Made by a program: the position numbers and the translations under genes. 64,000 bases of DNA from a virus: IMG/VR virus record IMGVR_UViG_3300044617_000226, positions 1-64,000 of that record; one strand, 5' to 3'. Under the pieces are notes generated by a model. The model did no database searches. It was given only the letters and a program-made list of their open reading frames with translations, and was not told where the DNA came from. How positions within the stretch are numbered: the stretch's first letter is position 1; the number at the start of each line of letters is the position of its first letter. Positions 37,486 to 48,100 of this stretch are shown here, in pieces.

Positions 37486-38275
37486 ATACTTTTTCTATTT
37501 TACTACAAAAGTCCTTGATATGATAATGAAAAGGATACATTTGTGGTATAGTATTGACTCTTAGTGTATCAGGTAATATTTCATAGATCAACTCATTAGT
37601 CCAATCTTCGGTCTTGAGATGGTTGATCATCTGTTTCATATGTACCATACTGAATTCGGTAAACATAGGCATCGTTGTTTTCTCTCTGCCTATGATATTG
37701 CAAGCGATGGCATATACCCAATCAGTAGTCGCTTCTTCGTCTACTTTACATTGCAGTAAAGATTTATAATCATCCCAATTCTCAAATATATGTCTGACCA
37801 ACTTGAAAAAATATTCAGCAGTTTCGCTTTTCTTGAAATAAGTTATGGCATTGTAGCAATCAGGAAGATTGTTATTGTCGATGAATTTTCTATAATATCT
37901 GACATTAGATAATTTCTGATTGTAACTTCTGATGTTAGTGCTGACTACCACATCAAGTTGTGAACAAACATCAAAATAATATTCTATATTTTGAGGTATG
38001 AATAAGTCTGCTTCTAATTTGATAGTATGATCATATGGACTGGCTTCATATACTTGCCAGTCGTTTATCAGTTTCCACTTGCTATCTTTTGCTAGATCGC
38101 CATATGGTAATGCAATAACACTGTCAAAGTAAGGACTCGCTTCTATATCATCTGTAAGTAATGAAACATGCATGTTTGGCATAGTTTTCTTTATGCTTCT
38201 TGCCAACACTTCTGCGCATTTGATATAATCGACATCAGTGGTGTTTTGTGCTAAGACTAAAAAGCCCTTGTTCAT
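37472..38275 (-). CDS. glycosyltransferase-like protein (GT-A/GT8-like)
   Basis: Start moved to ATG 38275 (MNKGFLVLAQN, ATGA overlap); SPYDHTIKLEAD; paralog of 38272..39084. Confidence 0.65.
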   Translation of the reverse strand: MNKGFLVLAQNTTDVDYIKCAEVLARSIKKTMPNMHVSLLTDDIEASPYFDSVIALPYGDLAKDSKWKLINDWQVYEASPYDHTIKLEADLFIPQNIEYYFDVCSQLDVVVSTNIRSYNQKLSNVRYYRKFIDNNNLPDCYNAITYFKKSETAEYFFKLVRHIFENWDDYKSLLQCKVDEEATTDWVYAIACNIIGREKTTMPMFTEFSMVHMKQMINHLKTEDWTNELIYEILPDTLRVNTIPQMYPFHYHIKDFCSKIEKVYGKT

Positions 38276-39084
38276 TTTGTTAACTCCACAAATATGTCTT
38301 TGTTTATCACATGGAAGTCCATGTCTTTTAATATGATGTATTCTTTTTTGATCTTGCCGCGCATCCACTTGTCATAAATGACTGTGTATTCTGTGCAAAA
38401 TTCATCATCGTTATTTTTATAAACGAATGTCTTGGGACCTATATGTGTAAGATTCCAAGGTATGATATCTGATCTAACATCGCTATGACCATTCACGATC
38501 CTGTGTGCTAATGTCAATCCATAATCGTTGCGGTATGTGTCGCAGGAGAACTTATGTATATTTCCATAATGACGATAGTTCTCTTGAACCATCTTTAAAC
38601 ATTCAAAGATGTTTTGTACTCGTTTTGTCTTTTTGAAGCCTACTACTGTAGCCCATAATGCAGGTATCGTCAAATCATTTGAGAAATCTAAATGTTCTTT
38701 TTTATCATACCCATTCATCAAAAAATTTATTGATTCGTGGCAACAGAAATCATCCATGACATCAAAAACTTTTAATAATGAATCGCTGTTTACTACATAA
38801 TCCACATCTAACAATATTGTCTCATCGTATGGGCTAAGTTCATAACTGCGGTAACGACCTTTGTTCAACCATACTCTTCCCTGAAAAGTATTATTGGGAT
38901 CGCTGTCTATCGTATACACATTATCGAATTTATAACCAGTGTTAGTTGCTACAGAATTGTTATCTGTTACTATGCTTACTGGAAGATTGAGGAAGTGGTT
39001 CACACGCTTTGCAGTGAATTCTGCCATGTGATAGTAATTGTATTCTGGAGAATTGAAGGCGAAGAGCAGTACACCTTTAGTCAT
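38272..39084 (-). CDS. glycosyltransferase-like protein (GT-A/GT8-like)
   Basis: KGVLLFAFN, SIVTD, SPYDETILLDVD (DxD), WATVVGFKK, YRND. Confidence 0.7.
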   Translation of the reverse strand: MTKGVLLFAFNSPEYNYYHMAEFTAKRVNHFLNLPVSIVTDNNSVATNTGYKFDNVYTIDSDPNNTFQGRVWLNKGRYRSYELSPYDETILLDVDYVVNSDSLLKVFDVMDDFCCHESINFLMNGYDKKEHLDFSNDLTIPALWATVVGFKKTKRVQNIFECLKMVQENYRHYGNIHKFSCDTYRNDYGLTLAHRIVNGHSDVRSDIIPWNLTHIGPKTFVYKNNDDEFCTEYTVIYDKWMRGKIKKEYIILKDMDFHVINKDIFVELTK

Positions 39085-39386
39085 CGTTTAGTCTCTGTCT
39101 CTTTAAACTCTTTAAGATATGCTGCCATATTTTCTTGATAAACAGATTTTAGTTTATCTAACAGAGAAAGTCTATCGACTTCTACAGGTCTATTATGCGT
39201 GTCTAATAATACAACCTTTTCACTATCAAAACTCTGTAAAAAGGTAATGGTCGTGGCGTCTGCTATCCACAAACCATTTTGATCGGCTACTAGAAATTTG
39301 TTTTTGTATTTTTCCCTAAGGTAATCTTTAGCGGAATTATGTGCGAATCTTGCTTTTGCTTCAGATAGAAGACTTTGGATATCCAT
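39081..39386 (-). CDS. hypothetical phage protein (101 aa), first gene of the enzyme block
   Basis: GAGG RBS and TATAAATA upstream; ATGA overlap with next gene. Confidence 0.75.
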   Translation of the reverse strand: MDIQSLLSEAKARFAHNSAKDYLREKYKNKFLVADQNGLWIADATTITFLQSFDSEKVVLLDTHNRPVEVDRLSLLDKLKSVYQENMAAYLKEFKETETKR

Positions 39387-39404
39387 ATAAACCTCTCTTC
39401 CGAG

Positions 39405-39412
39405 TATTTATA
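39405..39412 (-). promoter_or_regulatory. T4-type late promoter TATAAATA
   Basis: Perfect consensus 18 nt before ATG 39386. Confidence 0.75.
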
Positions 39413-39442
39413 TGGTGCTAGACTACGCTAAAAATTAGGTGA

Positions 39443-40390
39443 TCAGGATACTACGTTAGAGCCGGCTAATGTGATAGTGCCCCAGCTATTTGCAATATTA
39501 GTTGTTGATGGAGGAACTAAAGTACAAGTGACGCTTGATCCGCTACCTAAAGTACCGTTACCGCTGATCTTGTCGAACAAGCAATGTACTGTAACTACTG
39601 AACCGTTGTCACCATTTGAACCTTGTACACCATTAGTTCTTGCTAGATATTGAATCTGAACAGTAGTAGTGTACGGCGCTGTACCTGAATCTTGGTCAAA
39701 GATTGTTGTGTTTCCAGTGCTTAGTCCGAAATAACCTGAGTTAGTTGAGACTGTTGCTGAACCGCTACCGCCTGTCTTTGTTACACCGGTGTATGATGTA
39801 CCTGCGATTGTGCGTGAACCTGAGTTTTGACCGCTAATGTTCAATGTACCACATGCAGTTGCCAATGTATTCATGGCTGCATTGATACCTGCTTCAGTAT
39901 TTGAGTGTGAAGCTGAAAACTTCAACTGACCGCCTGCATTAAAGAAATAACGAGCGGCATCACCGTTTGCGAATGTGCAAGTGAATGTGAAGTTCGCATA
40001 GTCTGTCCATGCTGAAACTGTTGTCTGTGTGTTTGAACTTGTAGTACCTTGAGCAGCGGCGTTGCCTTTGCTTGCCCAAATTGTTTGTAAGTTTGTAGGA
40101 ATTGCGGCGATATAAGTTACTAGACCACCTGCTACCGGAGCAGTTACGCTTGTGATGCTACTGCCTTGGTGTGCCGCGGCGCTTGCTGTGTTGTTTACTA
40201 GGCTAGCCCAACTAGTAGCGGCGACCACTTGACCAGTTGCGACGTTTGCTACAGCAGTCTGACCATACCCGCCCTGACCGCTACCCGTTGCCCAAGTAGC
40301 ATTCAATGTATTAGCAGTACTGGTAGGGTTACCTCCAACCAAGGTGTTAAAGTCTGTTGCTTCAATCAAATTAAATTGTGCGTAGCTCAT
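39443..40390 (-). CDS. putative virion structural protein (tail fibre/baseplate-associated)
   Basis: Gly/Ser/Thr/Ala/Asn-rich, GYGQT, ARYFFNAGG; in the structural module; GATAAATA at 40419-40426 upstream. Confidence 0.65.
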   Translation of the reverse strand: MSYAQFNLIEATDFNTLVGGNPTSTANTLNATWATGSGQGGYGQTAVANVATGQVVAATSWASLVNNTASAAAHQGSSITSVTAPVAGGLVTYIAAIPTNLQTIWASKGNAAAQGTTSSNTQTTVSAWTDYANFTFTCTFANGDAARYFFNAGGQLKFSASHSNTEAGINAAMNTLATACGTLNISGQNSGSRTIAGTSYTGVTKTGGSGSATVSTNSGYFGLSTGNTTIFDQDSGTAPYTTTVQIQYLARTNGVQGSNGDNGSVVTVHCLFDKISGNGTLGSGSSVTCTLVPPSTTNIANSWGTITLAGSNVVS

Positions 40391-40421
40391 GTTTTAAATT
40401 CCTATCAATCTATAGTTTTAT

Positions 40422-41372
40422 TTATCTTATTATGACGATTGCTTCGACCTCACCCAAGTCTTGGGTAGCCTTGTCTTCTAGACTTCGTCCTATAGTGTTA
40501 AATGCTGTGGCCTCACCATTTTTAGCTGATCTTGCGGTACCTTCGCCCGCGCTTACTAGACGATCACCCTTGGCTACTGTGCCTATAACTTTGACTTTTA
40601 CTCGTCCGGATACTGCTACAGCAGGGTGTGTCTTATCTGATCCTGCCCCTGCGTTCATGAGATATGCGGCTGTGTTTGATATAACCCCGAACACATCTTC
40701 ACTTAATTCATAGCGTACTGCTCTGATCTCTTTTTGACCGCCCAATTCTACTACTGTACCCGGAGACAATTCTGTTTCTGATTCAAATCTCTCAGCCAAG
40801 TCAGCGTATGTCGCTTCCATTCTGGAGTTTCCTACTAAAGACCATGTACCTGTGATAGTACCTGCAGTAGTGTTTCCGCCGGTCGTAATCACAGAAGTCA
40901 AAACTGTAGTAGCATTTGCTATCGTGCAATTGATGTTACCTGCGTTGACATTTCCTGATGCTGTAAGACCTACAGTTGCGATATTACCTGAAACAGACAG
41001 ATTACCGGCTGCGGACATGTCACCGCCTACCGTCAAGTCTGAACCTATCGATACATTACCGAAACTTGTAGTACCAGTTGAACTAGTTGCAGTCAATACT
41101 AACCAGTTGCTAGTAATTGTTTCGCCATCTGATGGGCATACGCAAAGAGTATTGTTGTTGGTATTAAACCATAACTGACCGCGTATTGGATTTGGGGGAG
41201 GGGTGCTGTCTGCGAAATTCTCTAAGACATGCACGAAATTAGTGTCAAGCACTTGGCCGTATCCTGCGTAGTTACGACCAGGAAGCCCTAAAGAAGTACT
41301 TGTTGTGTTAATTTGTCCGTCAGCGATGGTTGTAAGTACTTGTCCGTCGCTTTTAACAATCGTATATGCCAT
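40422..41372 (-). CDS. putative tail fibre/spike protein with C-terminal chaperone/autocleavage-like domain
   Basis: N-term LPGRNYAGYG...LENFA...GQLWFN; beta-rich middle; C-term YADLAERF...VAVSGRVKVKVIG...KGDRLVS; GATAAATA at 41393-41400 upstream. Confidence 0.65.
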   Translation of the reverse strand: MAYTIVKSDGQVLTTIADGQINTTSTSLGLPGRNYAGYGQVLDTNFVHVLENFADSTPPPNPIRGQLWFNTNNNTLCVCPSDGETITSNWLVLTATSSTGTTSFGNVSIGSDLTVGGDMSAAGNLSVSGNIATVGLTASGNVNAGNINCTIANATTVLTSVITTGGNTTAGTITGTWSLVGNSRMEATYADLAERFESETELSPGTVVELGGQKEIRAVRYELSEDVFGVISNTAAYLMNAGAGSDKTHPAVAVSGRVKVKVIGTVAKGDRLVSAGEGTARSAKNGEATAFNTIGRSLEDKATQDLGEVEAIVIIR

Positions 41373-41401
41373 AGTTTATTATCCGCTAATTTTATTTATC
41401 A

Positions 41402-42016
41402 TCACAAAGTTATCTGATTTGTGAGGCTTTGTATTCTCACTGTATAGTCAATCTGTATCTGACGGTTCAATGATTTCTGCACTGGGTGGAATATGACATG
41501 GGTCAACAATCGTGTTATGATGTTTCCATCACTGTCAGTTCCATAATTTGCAAGTAATCCCAATTCGTCAAAAATGTAATCTGAGTCAGTCTGTGTGCTG
41601 TTATCGAATGCTCCTTGACCTGAAGGCTCACCGTAATCTAACAAACACTGCACTAAGATATCTGTGTACAATCTACCTGAAGTATGATTGACAGTCATCT
41701 TGTTTCTTGTAGGGTCTTGGTTGAAGACGCTGGTATCGTCAACGATCTTAGCATAGGTTTCGTTATAAAGAGCGGCGTTTTGCCCTGTTGTATTGGGCGG
41801 CAGATATGTAATGATACCTGTTTCGTCTACGCTAGCACCACCGTTGCCGAAGGCCATTTGATAAATCTCGCCGAACCCGCGATTGCTAAGTGTGTCGGCA
41901 AGAGCCTCACTCATATTTTCATAATTGATGGCATTTTTCTTATCTACGAATACTTCCAAACTATTTGGATCATAGATTTTCAAAAATCCCTCAATCTTAT
42001 AAGATAGTGTTATCAT
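41402..42016 (-). CDS. putative virion structural protein (baseplate/tail-fibre attachment type)
   Basis: MAFGNGG, FDELGL, LLTHVIFHPVQKSLNRQIQIDYTVRI; structural context. Confidence 0.6.
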   Translation of the reverse strand: MITLSYKIEGFLKIYDPNSLEVFVDKKNAINYENMSEALADTLSNRGFGEIYQMAFGNGGASVDETGIITYLPPNTTGQNAALYNETYAKIVDDTSVFNQDPTRNKMTVNHTSGRLYTDILVQCLLDYGEPSGQGAFDNSTQTDSDYIFDELGLLANYGTDSDGNIITRLLTHVIFHPVQKSLNRQIQIDYTVRIQSLTNQITL

Positions 42017-42180
42017 TAATCGTCAGCCCTCTTTTGCACAAAAACTTCCTTTGTGTTAGGATCATAAATCTTTATATGTGACGACAGATAAACCCCGTTA
42101 TTTTCATTGGGTTTCTTGGGCTGGATTTCCGGCTTTTTATCGTCTGATTCCGATTTTTTTCCTACAGAATTATTTATCAT
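42016..42180 (-). CDS. 54-aa hypothetical protein
   Basis: Below ORF-track cutoff; MINNSVGKK...HIKIYDPNTKEVFVQKRADD*; abuts the upstream stop and shares TAATG with the downstream start. Confidence 0.65.
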   Translation of the reverse strand: MINNSVGKKSESDDKKPEIQPKKPNENNGVYLSSHIKIYDPNTKEVFVQKRADD

Positions 42181-45100
42181 TTAAGTAACATCCACTTTTA
42201 AGAATCTTGCCCCTGCAGTATCAGCGATCTGCAATGGATCTCCTTGTGTCTCGTTATATATGCCCGGGATAGGGTTCCATACACTAATATAGTTAGATTC
42301 TGTCATCTTGTTGTATTCAAGCAAACCAAACACAGTCGTGTATATCGGTATATTTGGACTGATGATCGATCCTAATACGCCTCTTTGTACGCTTATTATG
42401 TTGGCTTCTTCATCGACATTCAATATCTGCATATATTCACCGTTGACATATAACAATTTACCTTCCAATGAAGTGATGGTTAAATTATCGCCGGTTTCTA
42501 TCCAGATACCTGCTTGTATCGATACGAATGCTCCTTGACCGCTTGAACTCAATATCAGATAATCTTGATCTATATACTGACCCTTAGTGTCGTTATATAC
42601 CGTGACTTGTATTAAGTCTAGTCTGTTAGCGATCAACGGTACCTTATGATATCCATATTCTTGAGCAGGAGTTACTGATTCCTGAGTCACAGTATTTGTC
42701 AACTTTGAAGCATCCCCTACTTTTATAGAAGTGCTATATTCACCTACTGCCTCACGCAACCAAGTTCTTGTCTCTGTGTTTGCGCGGTATACATCTGCTT
42801 GTCCTGCAACATTGACGATCTGTAGATAAGTCTGTTGATCAGGTGTTGATGAAGGCATCATGCTTGTGATGATGACATCATCGCCGGGCAATACTTCAGT
42901 CAATATGCATACTTCGTTAGCATCATGGAGTTTTAGATTACTGCTTGCAACGCGCTTGCCGTTAACAGTTACCCACAATCTGTCAACATTAGTCTGCTCC
43001 CACTGTGTGACCTTGATGTTCAAACCACTTTGTACTGACAATGTTTTTGTGACACCGTTTCTAGTCTCAGAGATGCTAAACTTATCATCGAGGCTATCGA
43101 TCTCAACAACCTGTTTGATATAATACTTCTGACCAGCAATGATTTGCGGTATGTTTGTTGGCTTACCAAGATCGATACCATCTTCTGTGAAGTATACCGG
43201 AGTGCCTTCTACTAATCCTGTCACTTTACCAACTGTTATGAACTCGCTATCGCTGGCAGTTGCTGTCTTATTGTACAACACATAACTTTGATGTAATGAA
43301 ACATAACCGCCACTCACATAAGTGTTGACATCAGTTAATGGAACTGATGCAGTATATGGTACATCTGCGATATACTCGTACAATGCAAATTCGTTAGGAC
43401 CTAATACATTGATAGTAAACATTTGACCGTTCAACTGTACAGAACCCTGAACTCCTTCGATTCTCACTACATCGTTATCTGATAAGTTGTGAGGTATGCT
43501 TGTAGTTACTGTTGCAGGTATCACTACATTATTGACATATGATATAGGTGATACTTGTTGTCCTGTATATTCATTAGTAAACAAGTATTGTCTTTCTGTA
43601 TCATTGTAAGTAGTCACAGCGATAGTATCTGATATACTTGGAGCCAATGAATTGAACACCAATGTTGATGTTGTATAGTTTACATTATATTCTGTAGGAC
43701 TTCTTCTTTCGCCATTTACTTCAACGATAGCATTTTGCGGATTATCGCCTTCTAGATTATTGACTAATGTGTATGGTCCAACTGTACCATTACCTAAGAA
43801 CTGCTGTGTCTGAGGTACTGCATATCCATACTGTACAGGTTGTGTCTCACCAAAGAATGAATATGAGATATAATCTGTCTCTGGATCATAATGATCTGCA
43901 AATACGATCTTAGCATTGATCTGATTATCAGCAGGCATAGCCGCATAGTCTTGTGTGACGAATACTGCTGTTCCTGTAGCACCTGTCAATGTCACAGGAT
44001 TACCAAACTGATCCTTGATAGTGAATGTAGTTGGTGACAACACTTGATCGATATAATAACTTGTCAATGGAGTGATATCCCCGAATATAGTATCGCTGAA
44101 AGTGACTCTTTGATCAGATGCTAAACCAACTGTGCTGAATACTGTGACGGAGTTATTGACTGCGCTAGTAGCGATAACATAGTTCGCTAATCCAGGTACT
44201 AACTTCTGTCCGTTATAGAATACTGCTGGTTCTGTATAAAACACACCATCAGTATCAACTTGTACGATACCACCACCGTTGTAATCTAAATTAGTATAAT
44301 TGCAATCAAGTGAAATCTCATCAAAACCTGTAGTTGTATTGATCTCTATAGGATCGTTGTCAGTATTTGATTTGACTAACTGATCGCCATTGCCGATCTC
44401 GTAAACATCTATGCGTAATTGCTGTCCTGATGTCAATGGATTGATCAATGTGACAGTCTTGTTATACCAGTTAACTGTATAATCATTGTTTTCATATAGT
44501 GTCACGCTCAAGCCGTCTATCAACAAGAACACATTGATCTGCGCAGGAGTCTGCGTGGCAGAACTGAAATCATATTCGTTTGATGTTTCTAAATCTAATT
44601 CAAGTGATACAACTTTATAACCAACATGTGCATATTCACTTGCTGGCCAGTTAGTGCCAGGTCTTGTGTTTACAGTCATCACTAATTGATCTGATACGAT
44701 GCCAGGAACCATTTCTTCTGGACCATAACCGAACATGAATGGATCACCTTGTACAACATATTCACTCTGTCTTTCTTGGAACACATTAGTGTTGCTCCAA
44801 TATACGGGAGTACTTGCTATATCGCCGGTCTGCAATACTGTGTTATTATCTCCGACTATAGTATATTCATTCTTTTCTTGTACATATATCACGCTGTTCA
44901 AGTTTTCTGTTACACCAGTGGTTACAGTCGTGAAGTTTAATCCATCACTTGATCTCTTTACGACACCGTTGTTTCCTGCAAGAACTAATACACCGTTTGC
45001 AAAGTATACATCATTGTAAACTATACCTGTCTCTGTTATGTCAGTCCAAGTAGTACCATTAGTACTATAAGAGATTATCTGGTTACCTACAGCATAGATT

Positions 45101-48100
45101 CTACCAAACGCAGAAGTTACCGCATTGTATGCTCTGTTGAATGTACCTGATACCTGATTCCAATTTAGTCCATCTAGACTTCTATAGATTATACCACCTG
45201 TTGCTGTGCTACCTACAGTGATGAATCCATTGAATCCTGAAGCCGTAACATAAGAAACATCATTCAAACTATTTGTGGATACTACAGCAGGCAATCTTGC
45301 TTGCCAGTTTACTAAATCAGTACTTGTGACAATATTTGGATTTACTGCTATCCATAAACCATTGTGATAAGTTACTGCCTTGAATGCCTGATTTGCGGAG
45401 ATCATCTTTATCTTGAAGAAATCGATCAAATTCGCACTAGTACCAAACGGTATATAGAATGAATCTGTTCTCCATGTCATTTGATCATCACTAGTGAATA
45501 ATGGAATCGCGCTATTTGATGATGTCATAACATAATTGTTATCTTGCTTGACGATATCAGTTATAGATAAAGTCTCGTCTGCCAATTTGAACAATGACCA
45601 ATCATTTTGTATCTCAATGTCAGCGATCACACCTGAGTAATTAGGTAGATTTGCAGGTGCTACATAATTCGTACCATCAAATGTTATAGCAGGTATGTTT
45701 ACATTAGTTGCATTGAATGATTGATTGATGAGTTGTGTATCTAGTGGATACTGCTCATCAGGATTGAATTCATTGCCCTTGTATGTAGTGTTAGGATAGA
45801 CCAATCCAGTGAACAACTGTGTCAAATCACGACCAGGCATGTTGATGCTAGGTGCATACCAACCTTCTGCTCTGTCAAGTGCATTCAATCTGCGATCACC
45901 TGCGTTCAATTCTTCCCACTTACCAAACACGAATGTTGGATCATTGTTTGATACTACGCAGATATAGACTCTATTATTGTATCTAACAATGCTTGGATCG
46001 AAATAGAACGGTTCTGGCAACGTCATGAATGAGCCTGCTCTTGCTACAGTCATATTTGTGAGTTGTCCGCTTATTATAGTTAGCGGTGCGCCGCCCGGGT
46101 TAGTTGTGATAGTTATAGTGTTTAATAATGGCGTGTCAACCGTCTTCACATAGTAAACAACACCCATCTCTATTTCTGTCGGTAATGTTGTTCCAGTAAA
46201 GACGACTGGATCATTGACTGAGAATCCTGCAGTGCTTGTCACTACTATAGCGTTACCTGAAGTAGTGCTAGATGATGTAGTCAATGTATAACCATTATAT
46301 GTGAAATCATCCCCGCTGACTGGTACTTGGAACAACGGATCATTATAAACTTCTAATGTGTTCGCGTTGATTACCTTCAAGTAGTATTCAGCAGTTTCAC
46401 CTATAGGTGTTCCTTCAGTAATTAACTTAGTGATAGCACCGTCACTAGTGACCGGCAATGACCAACTATATGCGCCTGGCACTATAGGATTGATTCTTGA
46501 TACAGTCAAAGTCAAATCGTTTGTTGGGCTAGTTCCGCCTAAATCATTACCTAGTATAGTGATAGTATTATTCTGAGTGAATCCTAGACCACCTGAACCT
46601 ATCAATACATTATATCCGCCTAGAACATAACCAATATCGAATATAGGATCTGCTATGATCTCTTGTGTCATAGTGACATTGCCTGATTCATCATTCAATA
46701 TAACTGTTGCTTGTCCTGTGCCTGTTTGTGCGACATTGTTGCAAGTAAAGTTTGCAACATAGGCATCGCCAGTACCTGAACCAATTCCTGTAGCTACGAA
46801 TATTACATCAATCTCATTTGCTTCTGCACCTATAGCGGTGAAATCAGTATTACCTAAACTGTTGATGATATAAGTATTTCCGATTACGAACGACCCAGCA
46901 TTAACTAATGTTGAACCAACATCGTCCCAGTTACCTGTACCTACTTGCTTGATCTGATAATCTTTGTTGAATACTAGATCGCCCATGTTTTGATAAACTT
47001 TGAACGATGCGCTGCCTTTAGCAGTCAATGATCCTGCGCCTGTGACTAGGTTCAATGCGCCTTGATTCTTTTGCTCAGAGATAGTGAATGTTGAGCCATT
47101 AATGATATGTCTCACATAATAATCCGTATCCAGTTCTAATCCACCGAATACTAGACCACCTGTGAATGTGAATGGCATACCTACATATATGTTATCTGTG
47201 TTATAATCTGATGACAATGTTACTATGCCATTATCTGCGGCTAGGTCTGTTCCTAATGTTGATGGTAGATATGGTTTGTTTATGATATAGTCACCGTTTC
47301 CACCTGGACCTGACAAGATATAAGTATTATCTTCTATCTCTGTTCCCGTGAACACACTTCCTGGATATAGATTTCCACCACTGATGTTAGATACTGACAT
47401 CACATTTCCATTAAATGTAGCATCGAAAGTTACAATACTATCTGTGCTTAATGTACATACGAATGGGATCTTACCCACATCATAAGCATAGTAAGTATTA
47501 TTAGTTTCTAACTCACCTATGTTATCGCTAACTGTGAATGAGAATCCATTATAAAGTTGGCTAGTGTTTCCAGTTATTGCTACTGTGTTATCTACCAATG
47601 TCTGTTCTATAGTCTTGGTCGCAAGATTACCATAAATCAGTTTAGATCCCGTAATATCAGCATAATTGTTTGATGATGGGTAGAAAGTGAACTTCTGACC
47701 ATTCACTTGACCAGGGCTTACTGGTAATGATATATTGACTATCATGCTACCGCTAGCCGCTGATAGATCAACGACTTGTGATTGACTTGTGATGAAGCAA
47801 TAGTTACCAGAACCTGCTGTCTGAGTAGTGGTTGTGAATACTGCTCCGCCCGGTGTAGTGCTGATAGTGATCGTGTTGTTTACACCGATCTCCTTGACAT
47901 AGTAAATCGTCTTAGGACTGATTCCACCAAAACTAGTTACCGCTATATTATCGACATACATCGTGTCAAATACTATAGCATCTCCTACTTCTAATCCATT
48001 AGTAGTCTCGACACCAATATTGCCGAATGCGTCAGTAGCAGTAACTCTGATATATGTTGAATCTGTGTTCTCGCTAATAGTAAATGACTCAGCACTTAGT

